64,000 bases of DNA from a virus, in the IMG/VR virus record IMGVR_UViG_3300018044_000001, positions 24,573 through 88,572 of that record, one strand, 5' to 3'. The position numbers were made by a program, and so were the translations under genes. Shown one piece after another: positions 10,283 through 20,377 of this stretch (positions are counted from its first letter, which is position 1; each line of letters starts with the position of its first letter). The notes beneath the pieces are model-generated. The model was not told the origin of the DNA and did not search any database. It was given only the letters and a program-made list of their open reading frames with translations.

Positions 10283-10798
10283 CTAGGTGTTCAACGTCTC
10301 GCATGCAGTCGTATGCAACACGCCTTGGTAGATCGTGACACCGCCATCAAGCGTGCGCGGGATGGTGTAATCGAACCTGATGTCAGGTCCGCCCAACTCC
10401 GTACCCTCGCCCCATTGGAAGATGTCCGACCACGGTATGTTCGGCACACGGTTGGCCTCGATGAACGTCGTCAACGCGTCGCAGAAGTGATCGAACTCAA
10501 TCTGTCCGTCCTCTGTCTGCGGCAGGTCCGACTTGAACACGACCAGCATGCCGGTGTCGTAAGTACGGAACTTGCGGCCGCTGTGCTCGCCACCGAGTGC
10601 GATACGTCTCTCCACTTGCGATGTCACAAAGAGGTAGATGCACGCACCCAGACCGAGGTTGGGATACGAGTTGCTAAACAGCTGACTCTCGTCGCTAACC
10701 TTCGGGAGCGCTCGATACACGACACCCAAGTTGGGAATGTTCGAGTTGTCCGGCTGCATGTACTCGTAAATGCCCTTGGTGACACTTGACTTGCTCAC
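10283..10798 (-). CDS. Putative tail terminator/completion protein
   Basis: 171 aa; position upstream of the tail tube gene. Confidence 0.55.
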   Translation of the reverse strand: MSKSSVTKGIYEYMQPDNSNIPNLGVVYRALPKVSDESQLFSNSYPNLGLGACIYLFVTSQVERRIALGGEHSGRKFRTYDTGMLVVFKSDLPQTEDGQIEFDHFCDALTTFIEANRVPNIPWSDIFQWGEGTELGGPDIRFDYTIPRTLDGGVTIYQGVLHTTACETLNT

Positions 10799-11640
10799 TG
10801 TGTGCCCCCAATGTGTAGACCAAAGACAACACCAGCCGCTTGTGACTGGTCAGCCGCGGCATAGATGGCGGTCGTTTGCGGACTGCTGTGTCCCATCAGT
10901 TCTTGCGTCAGTCGCAGATCGCGGCAGGCTTGGTATGTCGCTGATGCAAAGTAGTGACGTAGCGTGTGCGCGGTACTGGCAATATGTATCGAATGCAGAT
11001 ACGTATTGATGGTTCGTGACACGCTGGCAGGTGTCTCATCCCAGAGTCGTCCACTTGACGGCATTGGCAAAGCCTGTAGTGCAGCGAACACGTCGGGGTG
11101 CAACGGCACCCATCTCTCTTTCTCGCCTTTGCCGTGAATAATGTGCAGGCGGGGAGGGTTGGCGGTGTCATCCAAATCGTCACGCTCTATCAGAGCGATT
11201 TCCTGACAGCGGCATCCCGACAGCGCACCCAGTAACAACCAGCACCGCATGATCGGAGTGGCGTTAGCGAGTGCGCGTTGCAACTCTGCGATTGGCATCG
11301 GACGCGGGTGGCGTGCGTGTAGTCGTGGCTTGACAATGCCGAACGTAGGTGGCTTATTCTCTGGTTCACCTTCGCGCCATGCAGGGAACTTCAGGTGTCC
11401 GTTGTTGATCGCCCAGTTGAAGAATACGGTCAACGTTGATAGCCATGACGAGCGTGTCTTGTTGCTCATGGGCCTAGATAGCCACTGTTGCGTTGCTTCA
11501 CGAGTGGCTGTAGCGAAGCCAACCTCTCTTTGGTACTTGCGGAGCCACCGGTCGCGGACGGCTAACGTGCCTGGGAGGCAGCCGCACATACGTTCGTACT
11601 CGGTATAGGCCGCGAGAAGTTCCAGGTCTGTCATTGTCAC
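10795..11640 (-). CDS. Tyrosine recombinase/integrase (short, Xer-like)
   Basis: Catalytic set present: GCRCQE (R), GKGEK (K), HTLRH, MGH, TAIY. Confidence 0.9.
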   Translation of the reverse strand: MTMTDLELLAAYTEYERMCGCLPGTLAVRDRWLRKYQREVGFATATREATQQWLSRPMSNKTRSSWLSTLTVFFNWAINNGHLKFPAWREGEPENKPPTFGIVKPRLHARHPRPMPIAELQRALANATPIMRCWLLLGALSGCRCQEIALIERDDLDDTANPPRLHIIHGKGEKERWVPLHPDVFAALQALPMPSSGRLWDETPASVSRTINTYLHSIHIASTAHTLRHYFASATYQACRDLRLTQELMGHSSPQTTAIYAAADQSQAAGVVFGLHIGGTQ

Positions 11641-11668
11641 CCTTGTTTCTGTAGTGACGAGGTGTTGT

Positions 11669-12592
11669 CTAGTAGCCCACGTACGTTTGTTTGAAGGTCT
11701 GGAGGATGTCCTTCGCTTCCGCCCAGTCGCTACCCGCGTTTTGTGAGAACCCAGTTTGCTGTTTAGTCACAGCACCCATGTCGGCTACAACGAGTGCTCC
11801 AGATCCGCGCTGCTTGATGAATGCAGTCGTCACAAGAATGGCGGCTTGCTTGACAGCGGGCGGCAGGTTGGACACCATGACGCCTGACGCGTGTGCGTAT
11901 TGCGTAGTCCCCACAAGCGGCACCGGTGTCGTGTGCGGCACATACGATGACGCTACTTGCACTTGTTCGTCGTTGGGCAGATCGTAGAGTGTGAGCGTGA
12001 TGCCGGGGTAGATACCTTCAGTGCTGATCGGTGCAATGGACGCTGCACCAGCAGCGACAGATGCCGACAGAGTAGATGTCGGCCATCCGTTGACATATTG
12101 AAATTGGCAGGTGTACTCGACGCCGCGCACGATGCCAGCAGGTGCACCTAATCCCCACCCGACAACACCAGACAGAGATACCTCAAACTGTTGAGGGTAA
12201 ATGACAATGTTGCCTGCAGGTGTGATGGATGCGGTGTTATTGTTAGCCAACCCTGCGGGTAGCGTAGAGTACTCGAATGATTGTACCTCAACCACTGGCC
12301 AATACTTACAGCGCACGAGCAGCGTGTTGCGGTACGATCCCCAGATGCGGGCATTCTCGATATTGCTTGTTGCGCAAAGTGTCCCTGCGACACCCATGCA
12401 GTGTTGGTCAATCCAAGACGATGCACGACCAATGGTTTCCACAAGTGACTCTAGATTGGCCTGTGCGCTGCCACCAGGGATGAGGTTCGAGCAGTCCATC
12501 GCAGTAGGTGAGCTTTGATATTCTTGGGCGCTCAGATAATTGGTTCTCTGAAAAAGTATCTGCTCCCATGGTGCGTAGGCGCTAGTCGTCAT
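11669..12592 (-). CDS. Head-to-tail adaptor
   Basis: IGRASSWIDQHC and LPPAVKQAAIL motifs typical of adaptor proteins. Confidence 0.7.
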   Translation of the reverse strand: MTTSAYAPWEQILFQRTNYLSAQEYQSSPTAMDCSNLIPGGSAQANLESLVETIGRASSWIDQHCMGVAGTLCATSNIENARIWGSYRNTLLVRCKYWPVVEVQSFEYSTLPAGLANNNTASITPAGNIVIYPQQFEVSLSGVVGWGLGAPAGIVRGVEYTCQFQYVNGWPTSTLSASVAAGAASIAPISTEGIYPGITLTLYDLPNDEQVQVASSYVPHTTPVPLVGTTQYAHASGVMVSNLPPAVKQAAILVTTAFIKQRGSGALVVADMGAVTKQQTGFSQNAGSDWAEAKDILQTFKQTYVGY

Positions 12593-12611
12593 AGTTCAGT
12601 TCGCCGTCCCA

Positions 12612-12938
12612 TCAAGTTACTACGAGTGGTCCCGACCAAAGGACCGGCCGTTCCGGGGCATCTGTGATCCGGACCCAGACTTGATAACTACCCACGGTCA
12701 GTGTTATTTGTCCTGCATCTGGACCAACCAACAGGCGACAGGTGTAAGGCGTACCAGCATCCCACGTACCCTGTGTCCAGACTGTTTCGGGTGTAGGTGG
12801 AGCATCGCCCGCTTGTGGCGTGGTACCAAAAGGACCAATGAATGCAAACTCCACCTTGTCACTCGTCGGGTCGATCCCCTCCGTGTTGTACACTGGCACC
12901 TGTACATAGATCGTGCTTTGTGACGAGATTGCTAGCAT
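12612..12938 (-). CDS. Virion structural protein (Ig-like)
   Basis: GSYQVWVRITDAPERPV motif; within the structural block. Confidence 0.6.
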   Translation of the reverse strand: MLAISSQSTIYVQVPVYNTEGIDPTSDKVEFAFIGPFGTTPQAGDAPPTPETVWTQGTWDAGTPYTCRLLVGPDAGQITLTVGSYQVWVRITDAPERPVLWSGPLVVT

Positions 12939-12956
12939 GCGTACCCTTTCAAAGCA

Positions 12957-13136
12957 TCAACCTAATGGTTCTGTTGCTGACCATGTAGTTACACCGTGAT
13001 ATGCCGCCCATGTCATCGCGGGTTCGCCAACAGTGAAGTTGACGACGCGTGGGACAGGTGTCGCGCTCGGCAGCGGTGCCCCTGGCACCAGCAGGCCAGC
13101 AGTCGGTGATCCTGGAACGCCAGAGAAGCTAGTCAT
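12957..13136 (-). CDS. 59-aa protein sharing motifs with the 1006-aa repeat protein
   Basis: Hand translation MTSFSGVPGSPTAGLLVPGAP...GEPAMTWAAYHGV; fills the gap between neighbours. Confidence 0.55.
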   Translation of the reverse strand: MTSFSGVPGSPTAGLLVPGAPLPSATPVPRVVNFTVGEPAMTWAAYHGVTTWSATEPLG

Positions 13137-13932
13137 TCCAGCCGCAGGATTCCCAGAGTGTCACCACGTAGACCAGACCGGCCGCGCTGGTCAGGGAGCC
13201 GGTGGACGAGTCATATGTCAGATCGGTGCCCGATGCGAACTCCGTGGTCAAGCCTGTGGTGGTGAGAGGAGAGTTGGGGACATCACCAGAGACAACAGCC
13301 GTTGTGACGCCGTGGAATACATTGGCCCCGGTCAGATCGGACGCGTAAACATCCAGGGTTTGTTCGATGCCGAGCGTGCTGGGTGGCAAACCATCTATAG
13401 CACACCCTGTGGCGGGGACGACAAACAGGTCTCCGCCGACGCCCGGAGAGCACAAACCCGTGATGACGGCATCAGTCCCTGATGGGGGAACAAGTGTTGT
13501 CGGATCCCAAAGCTCCGTGTCGGTGACGGTGAAGCCGAAGGAAGATGCGCCGTGGCCTATCGTCGCGTACAAGGTGACCTGTGTAACCGTCGAGGGTTCG
13601 GCGCCGCCCCCGAGCGACAACAGGAACGCCGCGCTCGCCACAGGTGTGATCGTCGCTCCTATGTCGAAGTCAAAAGCTTCTTGCGTGCCATTATTTGTCG
13701 GCTCGACGGCACGATCCATGTTCAGCGTAGACGTACCGAACCCGCCATTGACCAACACGATCTCGTAGTTGTTACCATCGGTCAAGACACCACGGAAGTT
13801 CGCGGTTACGCTTGCTCCATTGCTATCCCCTGGCCAACCTGTAGTTGTGCTTGTACGTGTGAACGACGTGTCAACACTAGAAACAGACGCAGCCAGCACG
13901 GCAGGAGCTTGATTAACGAGAGTCTCTGTCAC
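13129..13932 (-). CDS. Putative virion structural protein
   Basis: 267 aa, Thr/Ser/Gly-rich; coupled by a GTGA overlap. Confidence 0.55.
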   Translation of the reverse strand: MTETLVNQAPAVLAASVSSVDTSFTRTSTTTGWPGDSNGASVTANFRGVLTDGNNYEIVLVNGGFGTSTLNMDRAVEPTNNGTQEAFDFDIGATITPVASAAFLLSLGGGAEPSTVTQVTLYATIGHGASSFGFTVTDTELWDPTTLVPPSGTDAVITGLCSPGVGGDLFVVPATGCAIDGLPPSTLGIEQTLDVYASDLTGANVFHGVTTAVVSGDVPNSPLTTTGLTTEFASGTDLTYDSSTGSLTSAAGLVYVVTLWESCGWND

Positions 13933-16900
13933 GAATCACTCCTCGGGGTGTTACCCGTCCATGTTTTGCTTGGTTCGCCTGCGACCCAGATCACAATGGG
14001 ATGCTTGGCCAGCCACTCGTTGATCTCAGGCAATGACGCATTCCACGGCACGACAGGATGGTAGGCATTCCACGGGACGCCAGGTTCGCCAGCCTTGAAT
14101 ATCGGGACGACAGTACCTGATACCCATGCCTCGTATGCCGCGATGAGCACAGAAGCAGTACCCGCGTCAACGGCAACATCCGCTGCTGCCTGTAGTGCCG
14201 CGGCGACGACCTGAGCAAGTCCAGGGTTGACGTTTATGCCAGATGTCGCACCGTAGGCACTGACGGCAGTGTCAGCAACGCCAGCAGAGATGGCTGCGTG
14301 TGCTGTGGCGTTACCTGCCGATGCGATGACGTTCGCAAGGATCGCACGCGCAGACAACGCGGGCGTTGGTGCGTTGGCCATTACGCCAACATTGGCCGCG
14401 CCTGTCATGAGTCCCATGCCGGGCTTCTGCGCTGTAACTGTCACAGACGCCAGACCAGACGATACCGACGCAGCACTAGTGACGTTGAAGCCGACAATCA
14501 CAACCGTAGCGGCACTAGGTGTAACACCTATTTGTGCTTGTGGTGGGTATGCGACTACGGCGACACTTGCTACACCCGCGTGTGCGAAGTACGCTGCCGT
14601 GCCTGTAGCGTTGTACGCGGTGACGACAACAGCGGCGCTGGTCGGTAGTGCGGTAACCCCAAATGTTGGAGCGTACGCAGCGGCTGCGATATTTGCCAGA
14701 CCAGCAAAGGTAGTCAGCGAGGCACGTGGGTTGTACGCGGTGGCGGTAACAGCAGCAACGCCAGGATAGACCGTTACGCCAGAAGTGATGATGGACGCTG
14801 TAGCGCTGTATGCGTCAACGATGACATCAGCGACGCCAGGTAGCGGGCTGACAGAGATGATCGGTACGTAGTATGTGAACGGTGCGCCGAGGTTTAACAG
14901 CGACGAGGTGGGTGCACCAGGAATACCAGTGAAACCGCCACTTTGTGCTCCTGAACGAGTGACGACCTTGACGTTGGCGACACCTGCGTTGACCGCGGTA
15001 ACGACAACAGCATCGTTGGCCGTGGCAACAACGTTGGCAAGACCAGCGTTGACAGCCCACGATGTTACGGTGTCGTATGCAATGACACTGGTATTGGCAA
15101 GACCTGCGTTGATCGCTATGCCTGGAGTGGCGTTGTACGTGGCAACAGCGACATTAGCGGCACTAGGTGTCGCACCTACCGCAATCACGGCGTCGTAGGC
15201 CGCTACAGCAACGTTCGGTGTCCCTGTACCGAGGGCAATGCCGGGTTGATATGCGCTGGCAGTGACGTTGGCCAGTCCAGCGTTGACAACAATGGCCGGT
15301 GTGGGATTGTAGGCAGCGACAGCAACGGTAGCAGCACCGGGAGTGGCAGCAAGAGCGGCCGTGGCGTTGTTGGCAGCGATGGCAACGGTAGCGACACCAG
15401 GTGTCGTGCTAACAGTTGCAACAGAGTTGTACGCGGCGGCAGTTACGGCTGCAGCACCAGCACCTACACCAATGCCAGGATCGTAGGATGCACAAGTAAC
15501 AGATGCTAGACCCGCGTTGACAACTACAGATGGCGTCGGATTGTACGCAGCGACAGCAGCAATAGCTTCGCCTGCGAGTACAGCAATCGTGGGTGTTGGA
15601 CCGTAGGCGGCGGCAGCAACATTAGCGACACCTGCGTCAACAGTGACCGCAAGTGCTGGGTTGTACGCAGCGACAGCAGCCGCCGCAGTACCAGCAAGGG
15701 CAGCAATGGCGGCCGTGGCATCGTTTGCTGCGACGGTGACGGTAGCGACACCGGTAGTAGCGGTAACGGCAGCAACAGGGTTGTACGCGGCTACAGCGGT
15801 GTCTGGTGTGGTTGTACCGAGAGCGATGCCTGGACCGTACGCAGCGGCAGTAGCAGCGGCAGTACCAGTGCCTAGACCAATGCCGGGTTGATACGCACCT
15901 GCGGTGACTGCACTTAGACCAACTGCAGTGGATACAGCGGCAGTAGGACCGTAGGCAGCGATGGCAACAGGAGCACCGGTTGGATCAGTTACTTGAACGC
16001 TAGTGGTAGCGGTGTAAGCGGCAACGGTGACAGCCGCGCCAGTAGGGTCAACTGCTTGGACAGCAGCAACCGGGTTGTAACCAGCGACGGTGACGGCGGA
16101 GACGGACGCGTTGACACTTGCGGAGGTGGTAGATGGCTGGATCGCCGCAGGGTACATGACCGTTCCTGCGCAGCTCCAGTAGCCGAACTTGGCAGTCCCC
16201 GCTACCTTGCCGAGGGTGCGGGTGAAAGCAACGTAGCCGTTGCGGAGCCAGTAGCCGAAGCCGTTGGTGCCGCCACCGACTGAGGGTTGAGTGCCGCTTG
16301 ACGTGTAGGTGATCTGGACCTGACCGGCGTAGCCTCCGCCGCCCGCCGCGATCTTGCCGTTGCCTCCGCCGCCGCCGCCCGGACCAGAAGCCGGGGCGTT
16401 CCCAGGGTTGCTATTGCCGCTTCCACCATTACCGCCAGGACCGCCCCCTGTAACGGCTGACGCGCCCGTTACTGATGTCGCTGTGTTCCCGGTGGAACTC
16501 GAACCGCCCGAACCGCCGCCCCCACCACCAGGATTTCCTGTGGTGACCACATAACCGTCACCGCCGTTGTAGTGGGTCGTGTTGCTACTGCCGCTTCCGC
16601 CGCCGCCGCCTGCCGAGTCAGTGCCGCCAGATCCATAGTGTGCGGTCACCGTGACAGAGTTGCCAGCGAAAGTGCTATTGCCGCCGTGGTTGCTAAGGTC
16701 GGAGCCAGCCGCAGTTGCAGCCCCAGCGGCCCCAACGACATAGCTGTAGTTGCCCCCAGTCGTAACGGCCAGCGAGGGTTCGGCGGCGTATTCGCCGCCG
16801 CCACCGCCGCTACCACCGCTGGCGCTGTTACTGACCCCGCTACCACCTCCGCCCCAACACTCGACCAGCGCCGAAGTAACACCAGAAGGGCAGAGCCAGC

Positions 16901-16949
16901 CAGTGCCACCCGAGTAGGAACCGGGATTGGTGTAGGTGACGGTGGTCAT
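13929..16949 (-). CDS. Gly-rich N-terminus plus Ala/Val-rich ~20-aa repeat protein (fibre/decoration)
   Basis: VECWGGGGSG glycine-rich domain, then many AG-x-A-x-V-x-V-x-A-Y-(N/D)-P repeats. Confidence 0.7.
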   Translation of the reverse strand: MTTVTYTNPGSYSGGTGWLCPSGVTSALVECWGGGGSGVSNSASGGSGGGGGEYAAEPSLAVTTGGNYSYVVGAAGAATAAGSDLSNHGGNSTFAGNSVTVTAHYGSGGTDSAGGGGGSGSSNTTHYNGGDGYVVTTGNPGGGGGGSGGSSSTGNTATSVTGASAVTGGGPGGNGGSGNSNPGNAPASGPGGGGGGNGKIAAGGGGYAGQVQITYTSSGTQPSVGGGTNGFGYWLRNGYVAFTRTLGKVAGTAKFGYWSCAGTVMYPAAIQPSTTSASVNASVSAVTVAGYNPVAAVQAVDPTGAAVTVAAYTATTSVQVTDPTGAPVAIAAYGPTAAVSTAVGLSAVTAGAYQPGIGLGTGTAAATAAAYGPGIALGTTTPDTAVAAYNPVAAVTATTGVATVTVAANDATAAIAALAGTAAAAVAAYNPALAVTVDAGVANVAAAAYGPTPTIAVLAGEAIAAVAAYNPTPSVVVNAGLASVTCASYDPGIGVGAGAAAVTAAAYNSVATVSTTPGVATVAIAANNATAALAATPGAATVAVAAYNPTPAIVVNAGLANVTASAYQPGIALGTGTPNVAVAAYDAVIAVGATPSAANVAVATYNATPGIAINAGLANTSVIAYDTVTSWAVNAGLANVVATANDAVVVTAVNAGVANVKVVTRSGAQSGGFTGIPGAPTSSLLNLGAPFTYYVPIISVSPLPGVADVIVDAYSATASIITSGVTVYPGVAAVTATAYNPRASLTTFAGLANIAAAAYAPTFGVTALPTSAAVVVTAYNATGTAAYFAHAGVASVAVVAYPPQAQIGVTPSAATVVIVGFNVTSAASVSSGLASVTVTAQKPGMGLMTGAANVGVMANAPTPALSARAILANVIASAGNATAHAAISAGVADTAVSAYGATSGINVNPGLAQVVAAALQAAADVAVDAGTASVLIAAYEAWVSGTVVPIFKAGEPGVPWNAYHPVVPWNASLPEINEWLAKHPIVIWVAGEPSKTWTGNTPRSDS

Positions 16950-17293
16950 CCAAGCACCACCCTCGCCGACTCAGTGGCAACGTACCAGTTCCAAGGATTA
17001 CCGAGACGCTCGATCTGTCTCGGTGCCCAACTTTCGCTTTTCTTGCGAGCGTCTGAACTACGCCAAGGTTGGCATTTCTCCGGCTCAAGAACTACGAAAC
17101 GCCACGCCGCCCGATAGCGGTCGGTCCCGACCCCCGAGCATCTGGAAAGCAAACCGGTTCTCAGCGGGTCGGGATGAGGTCCGGACCTAAACCACGCCAG
17201 AGTGCCGAGGCCGCGAAGAAAACGGGGCTCAACGACTCCACTCGCTTCGATACCCGGTCGCCCGTGGTTGCACGTCCAGTGGTAGAGCTTCAT
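16946..17293 (-). CDS. Hypothetical protein, possibly ADP-ribosyltransferase-like fold
   Basis: LYHWT...GIEASG..EP N-terminus; ATGA overlaps at both ends. Confidence 0.45.
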   Translation of the reverse strand: MKLYHWTCNHGRPGIEASGVVEPRFLRGLGTLAWFRSGPHPDPLRTGLLSRCSGVGTDRYRAAWRFVVLEPEKCQPWRSSDARKKSESWAPRQIERLGNPWNWYVATESARVVLG

Positions 17294-17559
17294 AGCATCC
17301 CGTGTTCGACAAAGATGCGACAGAGCTTCTTGAGGCCCCGGGGATCGGGGCCACCGAGGACGAGGTTCGGGTCACGGCGGTCGCCGCTGAAACCCTTGAC
17401 TGCGTGGTTGGCGATCGTCCAACGGACAACCCGCAACCAGTCGTCGGTGGCACGCAGGTCGGGGAAGATGTGGTCCTCGATCCAGCCATCGCCGTAGTCC
17501 ACCACGAGGTACAGATAGCCCTCGCTCGTCGTGTCCGCCGCAACGACCTTGTAGGCCAT
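17290..17559 (-). CDS. Hypothetical protein
   Basis: ATG immediately after the upstream stop; coupled to the next gene. Confidence 0.55.
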   Translation of the reverse strand: MAYKVVAADTTSEGYLYLVVDYGDGWIEDHIFPDLRATDDWLRVVRWTIANHAVKGFSGDRRDPNLVLGGPDPRGLKKLCRIFVEHGML

Positions 17560-17560
17560 C

Positions 17561-19714
17561 TCACGCCACAGCGAGGGTGTCGAAGTGGACGCTGCCCTTG
17601 CCCCCCGTGTCATAGCTCACCACCTGGAGCGTTACCCAACCAGCCTTGGATGGCACGACCGCAGAGAACATCAACTGTTGCCACGTCCCGCTGGAACTGG
17701 AGCACGTCTGAGTCTGCGCCGCCACCCCGAGTTCCCCGTTCGCCAACAGATTCACGCACGGGTAGTTCGTCCCGCCGTAGGAGTCGAAGCGCACGTAGAT
17801 CGAGATGGTGGACGACACGCCATCCACTGGGACTTGGATGAACTGGTCCCCTGGCCCAACAAGCTCTCCCGATGCAGGCGAGTCGTTGTAGACGACGGTG
17901 TCCTCGATGGCGTAGTCGTGGAACTCAAACGCGCCGATCGAAGCGTTAGGAGACTGTCCCCCGCTCGGCCTTGGCCTGTTCGCCCAGTCCACCGTCGGGT
18001 AGTTGCCCGTGAACGTGCTCGACCCCGCACCGAGCAGCGGACTCGACGTGTCTGGCGCCAGGAACTGTCGCAGCACCCCGGCCCACTTGTAGCTCTGCCC
18101 GAGTTCGAGCAGCGGGGCGAGGAAAGTGTTGGTCCCTCCCGATGAGTTCGAGACATCGCCAGTGCCATAGGAGTAGTTGCTCTCGGGAGTGGCGGCGTAG
18201 ATGGAGTTGTAAGACCCGGTTAGCTGTCCGGAGGTCGCGACGTTGAATCCAGTACCCGAAGCGATGACCAGGGAGTTGTGAATCTCACACGGGACGGACG
18301 TCGAAAGGTACGTGGCTGTGCCTAGAGTCACACCGGTTGCCGCCAGGATCGTGCTGTCGTAAATCCTGACCCCACCACCGTGTCGGGCGGCCGAACCCGT
18401 GGCGATGATGTAGACACCTATCGTAGGGCTGCCGTCGATTTTGCAGTTGCGGATGATGCACTGGGCATCCCAGTCCAGGGACCCGCTGGCTGTCGCTAGG
18501 CTGAACTCAACAGCCCGATACGTGCTTGCAATCTCGCAGCGATCCAGGGTCACGTTCAGCGCCGTGGCATTCGTGGGCGAGATGAAGTAGAGGTTGGGGA
18601 GAGCGGAAGTCAAGTACAGAGCATTGAACACGCAGTCGGTGAAAGTGTAGTCGTGACCGGCCGCCGTGCAGTAGACGGAGTAGCTACTGCCACCAACGAA
18701 AGTGAAAAGTGAGAAGGACAGGTAGGTGGTCGTTGTCAATGCCAACAACGTTGTCGAACTCGGCGCGCTCGTGTTCCCCGACGTGTAAGCGCTAAGAATC
18801 ACCTGTCCGGCGTCGCCCGTCTGTGCCCCGTCCACATCCCCGATGATGGCGATCTTGCCGACGATCCACGAGCAGGAGGAGAATGCAGTGGCGGGGAAAC
18901 CTGTTGCTGTAGCAGGAGCGATGGTGACGACGGATGCTGACGTATACGCACTGATCTTGCAAACGTACGTACTACCGCCTGCAGTGATCTCAATGTTCCG
19001 ACCAGCCATTGCGCTCGTGAATGCCGCCGCAGTGTTGTCAGTGAATACAGTGCCAGCGCTACTGGTGACACCGTTGGTCCCTGTTGCAGTAGAGGCACCG
19101 CTGATTCCAACCGCCGTTGTTTCTCCGTACGTGCCTGCACCTATATACGCGAGGTCGCCAGCGGCCATGCAATTAATGGCACCAGATGCAGTAACGAGCA
19201 AACGGTTGACGGTCAAGAGCGCGCCACCGACATTCCACGTTTGTCCTGAGCCTGTCGTGAAGTTCGTTGTACCCGTGGTCGTAAGAAGTGCACCGAGAGT
19301 GGCCGATCCGGAGCCATAACCTGCTCCTGCTGCAGCCGAGATGGTAACGACAGAGGCGCTGTTCAAGACGGTGATACATGCTCCTGCGGCGATACCGGGA
19401 CCGCTGATGGCACACCCGACCATCGATGACGCAAACAGGCCAGCAGACGAGACGGACGCGGAACCATTCGCGGTCGTGACAGAAGCGAGGGTCTGCTGCA
19501 CTCGCACCGCGGAGATGAGACGGGTGATGGTGCCACCACTGGCGTAGATGGCGTGACCGACGTCGGCAGAGGACCACGTTGCGGAGATGGATGAGAACTT
19601 CGTCAGTCCTGCCGTGGTATTGCTAACACCGTCGGTGCCAGTGGAACGTACGGTCGCGGATGTGCCCCCGTTGGTGTTCGCTCCCGATGTACGCACCATC
19701 CACGTCGTAGCCAT
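17561..19714 (-). CDS. Large Ser/Thr/Gly-rich structural protein with a probable beta-helix
   Basis: 717 aa; repeated I-x-N/D-C/S-x-I rungs; SPLLGAG...SIGAFE motif. Confidence 0.6.
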   Translation of the reverse strand: MATTWMVRTSGANTNGGTSATVRSTGTDGVSNTTAGLTKFSSISATWSSADVGHAIYASGGTITRLISAVRVQQTLASVTTANGSASVSSAGLFASSMVGCAISGPGIAAGACITVLNSASVVTISAAAGAGYGSGSATLGALLTTTGTTNFTTGSGQTWNVGGALLTVNRLLVTASGAINCMAAGDLAYIGAGTYGETTAVGISGASTATGTNGVTSSAGTVFTDNTAAAFTSAMAGRNIEITAGGSTYVCKISAYTSASVVTIAPATATGFPATAFSSCSWIVGKIAIIGDVDGAQTGDAGQVILSAYTSGNTSAPSSTTLLALTTTTYLSFSLFTFVGGSSYSVYCTAAGHDYTFTDCVFNALYLTSALPNLYFISPTNATALNVTLDRCEIASTYRAVEFSLATASGSLDWDAQCIIRNCKIDGSPTIGVYIIATGSAARHGGGVRIYDSTILAATGVTLGTATYLSTSVPCEIHNSLVIASGTGFNVATSGQLTGSYNSIYAATPESNYSYGTGDVSNSSGGTNTFLAPLLELGQSYKWAGVLRQFLAPDTSSPLLGAGSSTFTGNYPTVDWANRPRPSGGQSPNASIGAFEFHDYAIEDTVVYNDSPASGELVGPGDQFIQVPVDGVSSTISIYVRFDSYGGTNYPCVNLLANGELGVAAQTQTCSSSSGTWQQLMFSAVVPSKAGWVTLQVVSYDTGGKGSVHFDTLAVA

Positions 19715-19908
19715 TTACAGTCCAGTTTTCACTTGAATCAAGAATCTCGCGATCATCTGCATGAGTTGGTCTCGCTGGTCGGCGGTCGGGCCGACCTGGA
19801 TGGCCCTGCCTGTTGTGACTACCGCGTGGTTCCAAAGGTCAGGCATGTTACTCCTGGTGGGATTCTAGGTAGTCGGCGGCGGCGCGAAGAGGCACTACAA
19901 TCATTTCC

Positions 19909-20364
19909 CTAGCTCGTCAGCGTTAATATCCCCGAGGAATTAAACACGACGCTCAGGTTGGCGGCAGCCACCGATTGTGTTCCTCCGAACCAGTTATACG
20001 AGAATCCTTGATTACTCACACTTGAATCGTACAGAAGCGCGCCAGCCGTCGAAAATGTGACTCCAGTCCAAGACGGGCTCCCGCTCGCCTTGAGTGCGAT
20101 CACATTAGACGCTTGTGTCACCGTCACGCCACTAACCGATGCACCACCAGCAATGTAGCCACTGCTCGATACTTCATTAGCGAGCACCCATTGACTACCG
20201 GCACCATTGTAGGACGACAACGCAGCGGTAGTCACTGTGTTATCAGGCGTGATTGTCGCCACGTATAGAGCGCAATAGAGCGAATCGGTCGCCATATCAA
20301 TGCTCTTTGCGTCACACAGCTGAAGAACCGTGTAGGCGAATACTTTACTGTTGGACCAGGCCAT
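19909..20364 (-). CDS. Phage structural protein
   Basis: NEVSSSGYIAGG and FNSSGILTL motifs common in virion accessory proteins. Confidence 0.65.
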   Translation of the reverse strand: MAWSNSKVFAYTVLQLCDAKSIDMATDSLYCALYVATITPDNTVTTAALSSYNGAGSQWVLANEVSSSGYIAGGASVSGVTVTQASNVIALKASGSPSWTGVTFSTAGALLYDSSVSNQGFSYNWFGGTQSVAAANLSVVFNSSGILTLTS

Positions 20365-20377
20365 TAGATCGGCTCCT

